DNA of 64,000 nucleotides from Thermococcus sp. JdFR-02 (GTDB lineage Archaea; Methanobacteriota_B; Thermococci; Thermococcales; Thermococcaceae): NCBI GenBank assembly GCA_002009975.1, contig MTLP01000042.1, positions 128,001 to 192,000 of the forward strand, read 5' to 3'. Shown piece by piece: positions 59,204 to 64,000 of this stretch (position 1 is its first letter; each line of letters starts with the position of its first letter). The notes under the pieces were generated by a model. It saw only the letters and a program-made list of their open reading frames with translations, ran no database searches and was not told where the DNA came from. The position numbers and the translations under genes were made by a program.

Positions 59204-59507
59204 CCATAATTAATCACCTATACAAAAGGTCTTTAACCCAAATATAGCTTTTTTTGAAAATTTTTTGTCAATAAGACAGAACTTGTAAAGTTACACTTTT
59301 TGATATGGACAATATGCTGGATTTCTCGGCTGTTTTGTTGATTTTTGATAAGATATTCTATAAGAAAATCCCATTTAGTAATTAGGGCAGGCTTTCCTAT
59401 CCAAAAGCTTAAATACATAATGTTACACTTTAAAGCTTGGTGATGGTGATGTCCCGCCAATATCTATAACTAAATTTGAAAAAAGAAAAGAGCCAAACGA
59501 TTTAGTT

Positions 59508-59771
59508 GTGTTTAAAAAACTCTTTTTGAGGGCTTTAAACGAAAACCAGATATTAATTTTGGAGAACATAAATGGAAGCCATCGTTCTTTAAATGCCTTT
59601 TTAGAGGAGTTAAGCAAGGAATTCAACAAGCCAATGTCAACACTGAAGTTAAATGCCAGAATTCTAAAGGAGCTTGGCTTGATAGAGTACGGAGGGAAAG
59701 AGAATCCAAAACCAGTTGAACTAACGAAACCCGGAAAGCTCGTTCTAAAAATCCTTGGGGTGGGAGAATGA
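59508..59771 (+). CDS. small winged-helix regulator heading the aromatic operon
   Basis: KPMSTLKLNARILKELGLIEYG..VELTKPG; GTG start uncertain. Confidence 0.7.
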   Translation: MFKKLFLRALNENQILILENINGSHRSLNAFLEELSKEFNKPMSTLKLNARILKELGLIEYGGKENPKPVELTKPGKLVLKILGVGE

Positions 59772-60436
59772 GCGAGAGCTTAAGCAGCTTACAACTAAAC
59801 GAAAAACTCAAGAGGATGCTATCAAATGTAAACAACTTCCATCTAAATTCATCGATAACGTGCTTAGAAATCTTGAAAGCAGTTCTTGCAAGAAAAAGAG
59901 AAGAAGATGTAATAATTTTAAGCAAAGGTCATTCAGCGCCAGCATTTTATGTGCTTTTGTCAGAACTTGGATTTTTAAGTGAAGAAGATCTTGAAAGCTT
60001 TGCTGACTTAGAAGGGCTTCCAAGCCACACCATTAAAGGTTTGCCTTTTATAGAAGTCTCAAGCGGCTCATTGGGACAAGGACTTTCAGTTGCAAATGGA
60101 ATAGCATTAGCCTCAAGGCTTCAAGGGAAGAAAAGAAGCATATATGTGATTTTAGGAGATGGTGAATTAGATGAGGGTCAAATCTGGGAAGCTGCCATGA
60201 CCTCTTCACATTACAAGTTAGACAACATCATAGCTATCATTGATAGAAACTTCAAACAGTTAAGTGGAGAAACAGAGGAAACAATGAGAAAAGAGCCATT
60301 AGCGGACAAATGGAAAGCCTTTGGATGGGAAGTTTTTGAAATTGAAAACAAAGCTGAAAAGCTTTTAGAGACCCTTTTTAAACTCGATAAAGTCAAAGGA
60401 AAGCCAAAAGTTATCATCGCAGAGTGGAAAACATAG
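59768..60436 (+). CDS. transketolase N-terminal subunit
   Basis: LSKGHSAP, SGSLGQG, GDGELDEG. Confidence 0.93.
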   Translation: MSESLSSLQLNEKLKRMLSNVNNFHLNSSITCLEILKAVLARKREEDVIILSKGHSAPAFYVLLSELGFLSEEDLESFADLEGLPSHTIKGLPFIEVSSGSLGQGLSVANGIALASRLQGKKRSIYVILGDGELDEGQIWEAAMTSSHYKLDNIIAIIDRNFKQLSGETEETMRKEPLADKWKAFGWEVFEIENKAEKLLETLFKLDKVKGKPKVIIAEWKT

Positions 60437-60461
60437 CTATTTGAATAAGGAGGCTTAAATT

Positions 60462-61382
60462 ATGGCCACAGTAAAGAGCTTTAGGGAAATATTTGGAAAG
60501 ACGTTAGTTGAAATAGGAAAGGAGAATGAAGATGTTGTCCTCCTAGATGCAGATGTAAAGAGTTCAACAAAAACAGTTTACTTTGAAAGGGTTTTTCCCA
60601 ACAGATTCTTTCAAATTGGCATAAGTGAGCAGGACTTAATCTCAACGGCTGCAGGATTTGCAATAGCTGGAAAAATCCCAATTGCTTCAGCCTTTGCAGT
60701 TTTTATGATGAGGGCTTGGGAGCAAATAAGAAACACCATAGCAAGGGATAACTTAAATGTTAAGCTTGTAGCAACTCATTCTGGTTTTTCTGACTTTATG
60801 GATGGTTCATCACATCAATCATTTGAAGATATTGCTTTGATGAGAGTTTTGCCAAACATAGGTGTTGTTGTCCCAGCGGATGGGTACTCAACAAAAGCTT
60901 TGCTTAAGCAGATAGTTGAAAAGGAGGGTCCATTTTACATGCGCTTGGGAAGAGATTATGCAAAGAAGGTTTACGAAGATGAAGAGTTAAAGCTTGGAAA
61001 AGCCGAGATTTTAAGGGAAGGAGAAGATGTGTTCTTAATTGCTTGCGGCTTTATGGTTTCAGCAGCTTTAGAAGTCGCAGAGAAATTAAAAGGAAAGCTA
61101 AGCATTGGTGTTGCAGATTTTCACACGATAAAACCCTTTGATGAGAAAAATTTACTCAAGATAGCCAAAAAAAGCAATCTAATTGTTACTTTGGAAGAGC
61201 ACAGTATTTATGGAGGTCTTGGAAGCGCTGTGGCAGAGATTTTAAGCGAAAAAATGCCAATGAGGGTTCTTAGGATTGGAACAACAGATTTTGGAAGAAG
61301 CTCGAGGGATTACTTGTCCCTTCTTGATGTTTATGGTTTAAGTGTAGATAAAATCACAAAACGGATCTTGGAGGTAGTTTGA
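60462..61382 (+). CDS. transketolase C-terminal subunit
   Basis: GISEQ, DGSSHQ, EEHSIYGGLG. Confidence 0.93.
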   Translation: MATVKSFREIFGKTLVEIGKENEDVVLLDADVKSSTKTVYFERVFPNRFFQIGISEQDLISTAAGFAIAGKIPIASAFAVFMMRAWEQIRNTIARDNLNVKLVATHSGFSDFMDGSSHQSFEDIALMRVLPNIGVVVPADGYSTKALLKQIVEKEGPFYMRLGRDYAKKVYEDEELKLGKAEILREGEDVFLIACGFMVSAALEVAEKLKGKLSIGVADFHTIKPFDEKNLLKIAKKSNLIVTLEEHSIYGGLGSAVAEILSEKMPMRVLRIGTTDFGRSSRDYLSLLDVYGLSVDKITKRILEVV

Positions 61383-62167
61383 TGTTAAGATTTAGTAAAG
61401 AATACAAAAGAAAAACCATAGTTAAAGTTGGAGATGTGAAATTTGGAGAAGGATTCACTGTTATTGCGGGACCTTGTTCAGTTGAGAGTGAAGAGCAAAT
61501 AATGAAAACAGCAGAATTTTTGAGCGAAATTGGAGTTAAGGTTTTAAGAGGAGGAACTTTCAAGCCAAGAACATCTCCATACTCTTTTCAGGGACATGGA
61601 AAGAAAGCCTTAAGATGGCTCAAAAAAGCTGGAGAAGAGTTCGATTTAATAACCGTAAGCGAGGTTATGGACACAAGAAAAGTTGAGCTTGTGGCTAAAT
61701 ATGTTGACATCCTGCAAATTGGGACGAGAAATTCCCAAAACTTCGAGCTTCTAAAGGAAGTCGGTAAAATAAACAAACCTGTGATCTTGAAAAGAGGATT
61801 TGCAAATACAATCCAAGAGTGGCTTTATTCAGCAGAATATATCCTAAGCAAAGGCAATGAGAATGTTATACTTTGTGAAAGGGGAATTAGAACCTTTGAA
61901 ACATCAACACGCTTTACTTTAGATATTTCAGCGGTTCCGGTTGTTAAAGAGCTTTCCCATTTGCCGATAATAGTTGACCCCTCTCATGCGGCTGGAAAGA
62001 GGAGTTTGGTTAAGCCATTAGCAAAAGCAGCTTTAGCTGTTGGTGCTCATGGAATTATGCTTGAAGTTCACCCAAATCCAGAGGAAGCACTGTCCGATAA
62101 GGATCAAGCTTTAAGGTTTGAAGACTTTCTTGAGCTCTGGGAGGAGTTAAAAAGATGGAACGTATAA
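61379..62167 (+). CDS. aroF: DAHP synthase (type I-beta)
   Basis: IAGPCSVE, FKPRTSPYSFQG, LKRG, CERGIRTF, DPSH. Confidence 0.95.
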   Translation: MMLRFSKEYKRKTIVKVGDVKFGEGFTVIAGPCSVESEEQIMKTAEFLSEIGVKVLRGGTFKPRTSPYSFQGHGKKALRWLKKAGEEFDLITVSEVMDTRKVELVAKYVDILQIGTRNSQNFELLKEVGKINKPVILKRGFANTIQEWLYSAEYILSKGNENVILCERGIRTFETSTRFTLDISAVPVVKELSHLPIIVDPSHAAGKRSLVKPLAKAALAVGAHGIMLEVHPNPEEALSDKDQALRFEDFLELWEELKRWNV

Positions 62168-63156
62168 TAATAAGAGAGGGAAGTCTTAAAAAATTAAAAA
62201 AGCTCGTAGAAGAGGTTTCTCCTTACAAAACAGTTGTAATAACGAACACAACCCTCGAAAAGCTTTGGTTGAATGAGATTTTAGACCAAATAGATGCAAT
62301 TCCACTGGTAATTCCAGATGGAGAAGAATTCAAAAGCCTAAACACCGCTGAAAAAATTTGGAAAAATCTAATAGAAATTGGATTCACTCGGAAGTCTCTA
62401 ATAATAGGTCTTGGGGGAGGGGTTGTAACAGATTTAGCTGCTTTCGTAGCTTCTACTTTCATGAGAGGAACTTATTTGGGCTTAATACCAACGACACTCT
62501 TAGCTCAAGTTGATGCTGCTATAGGAGGGAAAACTGGAATAAACTTTGAAGGAAAAAACATCATTGGAACTTTCTACTTACCAAATTTTGTTTTAATCGA
62601 CCCTAAAATCTTGAAAACTCTCCCCAAAATTGAAATCTTGAATGGCTTTGGAGAAATTGTCAAATATGGAATTTTGGATAGAAATGTTTTCAATAAGCTT
62701 AATTTCCTGAAAAATCCCAACGAAGAGCTAATTAAAGAGTGTGTAAACGTTAAACTTGGGATTGTGAAGGAAGATTTAAGGGAAAGGGGAAAGAGGAGGA
62801 TTTTGAACTTAGGACATACGGTTGGGCATGCAATTGAGAAGGTTTCAGGCTACAGAATAAAGCATGGCTTTGCAGTTTCCATTGGACTAATGGCAAGTGC
62901 ATTAATAGCTGAAAAGATAAACGGATTTGATTCTGCAATTGTGGAAAGGCTCTTAGAAAAGTTTGAATTACCAAACAAACATGATCTGGATAGTAAAGAG
63001 TTGCTAAAAGCTATGAAGAGCGATAAAAAATCCTGGTATGGAAAGCTAACCTTTGTTCTTCCAGAAGAAATCGGAAAAGTTAACATAGAGAATGTTAGCG
63101 AAAAAACTGTTCTAAAAGTTTTGGAGGAGCTTAAAGATGATAGCTCTATCAATTAA
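62155..63156 (+). CDS. aroB: 3-dehydroquinate synthase
   Basis: GGGVVTD, PTTLLAQVDAAIGGKTG, LNLGHTVGHAIE. Confidence 0.96.
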   Translation: MERIIIREGSLKKLKKLVEEVSPYKTVVITNTTLEKLWLNEILDQIDAIPLVIPDGEEFKSLNTAEKIWKNLIEIGFTRKSLIIGLGGGVVTDLAAFVASTFMRGTYLGLIPTTLLAQVDAAIGGKTGINFEGKNIIGTFYLPNFVLIDPKILKTLPKIEILNGFGEIVKYGILDRNVFNKLNFLKNPNEELIKECVNVKLGIVKEDLRERGKRRILNLGHTVGHAIEKVSGYRIKHGFAVSIGLMASALIAEKINGFDSAIVERLLEKFELPNKHDLDSKELLKAMKSDKKSWYGKLTFVLPEEIGKVNIENVSEKTVLKVLEELKDDSSIN

Positions 63157-63778
63157 GGCTAAGACAATTGATGGAGCGATAAAAATCATTGAAAAGGGCG
63201 AGGCGGATTTATACGAGCTTAGAGGTGATGCACTTGAAAGCTTAGAGGGAATGGAAATGCTAAAGCCCTTTGCAAAAAGATTAATAGTCACTGTGAGGTC
63301 TAAGGAGGAAGGGGGATTTAAAGAAATTCCCGATGAGGAAAGATTAATGCTTTTCAAAGAATTTATCCAGCTTAAACCAAAATTTATTGATGTAGAGTTC
63401 AACTCAAAAATAGCCGTGGAAATAATTAAACTGGCAAAAGATAACAAAGTTGGTCTTATTCTTTCTTACCATAACTTTAAAGAGACCCCTCACTCTGAAG
63501 AGCTGAAAAGAATTTTACATGATGCAAAAAGGTCAAATCCGGAGATTGTCAAGATAGTGACTTTTGCTAAAGAGCTTAAGGATAATCTAAGGATTATCAG
63601 TCTATACGAAGAGGAAGACAACTTAATAGCATTCTGCATGGGTGAAAAAGGGAAAATTTCAAGGGTTTTTAGCCTAATTTTTAGCCCGTTCACCTATGTT
63701 GGAAACGTTGCTCCGGGACAACTCACCCTTAACGAAGCAAAGATTATAGGTTCAATTTTAGGTGGTAGAGATGATTAA
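63137..63778 (+). CDS. aroD: type I 3-dehydroquinate dehydratase
   Basis: ELRGD, TVRSKEEGG, SYHNFKETP, FCMGEKGKISR, APGQ. Confidence 0.94.
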   Translation: MIALSIKAKTIDGAIKIIEKGEADLYELRGDALESLEGMEMLKPFAKRLIVTVRSKEEGGFKEIPDEERLMLFKEFIQLKPKFIDVEFNSKIAVEIIKLAKDNKVGLILSYHNFKETPHSEELKRILHDAKRSNPEIVKIVTFAKELKDNLRIISLYEEEDNLIAFCMGEKGKISRVFSLIFSPFTYVGNVAPGQLTLNEAKIIGSILGGRDD

Positions 63779-64000
63779 TGCAAAGACCAAGCTCTATGCC
63801 CTAATTGGAAAACCTGTCGAGCATTCACTAAGCCCAGCTATCCACAATCCCCTATTTAAAAAATACAATATCAACTCAGTCTATTTGGCTTTTGAAGTTG
63901 ATGACTTGGAAATAGCAATTGAGGGTGTAAGGGGCTTAAAAATTTCTGGATTAAATATTACACTACCCTACAAAGAGAAAATTTTGCCCTTTTTAGATGA
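63771..64000 (+). CDS. aroE: shikimate dehydrogenase, 5' partial
   Basis: Translated by hand: MINAKTKLYALIGKPVEHSLSPAIHN...GLNITLPYKE. Confidence 0.92.
   Translation, partial: MINAKTKLYALIGKPVEHSLSPAIHNPLFKKYNINSVYLAFEVDDLEIAIEGVRGLKISGLNITLPYKEKILPFLD

Overview
Archaeal DNA, most likely Thermococcales (GGTGA/GGAGG ribosome-binding sites, BRE/TATA promoters, tungsten FOR, DUF257 pair, split transketolase plus aro operon). The first ~26 kb is an accessory region: a heavy-metal island (CopB, CadA/ArsR, MerA, CopZ, YHS, DUF302) interleaved with two radical-SAM RiPP-like clusters. One precursor gene in each cluster is missing from the ORF track. Cluster 1 (3821-6915) has a 38-aa CxxCxxC peptide, an RRE-like/rSAM/SPASM enzyme and an ABC exporter. 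Cluster 2 (15254-23307) is the most striking feature. It has two precursors sharing a Y(V/L)PP(V/I)GxD(V/L)G leader, one with an Ala/Val-rich core carrying a polytheonamide-like Nx5N ladder. It also encodes an rSAM lacking SPASM cysteines, a stand-alone PqqD/RRE, a putative immunity protein, two ABC systems and a membrane-anchored gingipain-like (C25) protease. The rest is housekeeping or stress metabolism: SUF, thiamine, FTR1, an hcp/DUF438 region with a five-copy palindromic operator, FOR, pyk, trm10, and the thr and aro operons. No RNA genes, CRISPR arrays, IS elements or integrases were recognised. All family calls come from motif recognition by eye, not database searches.
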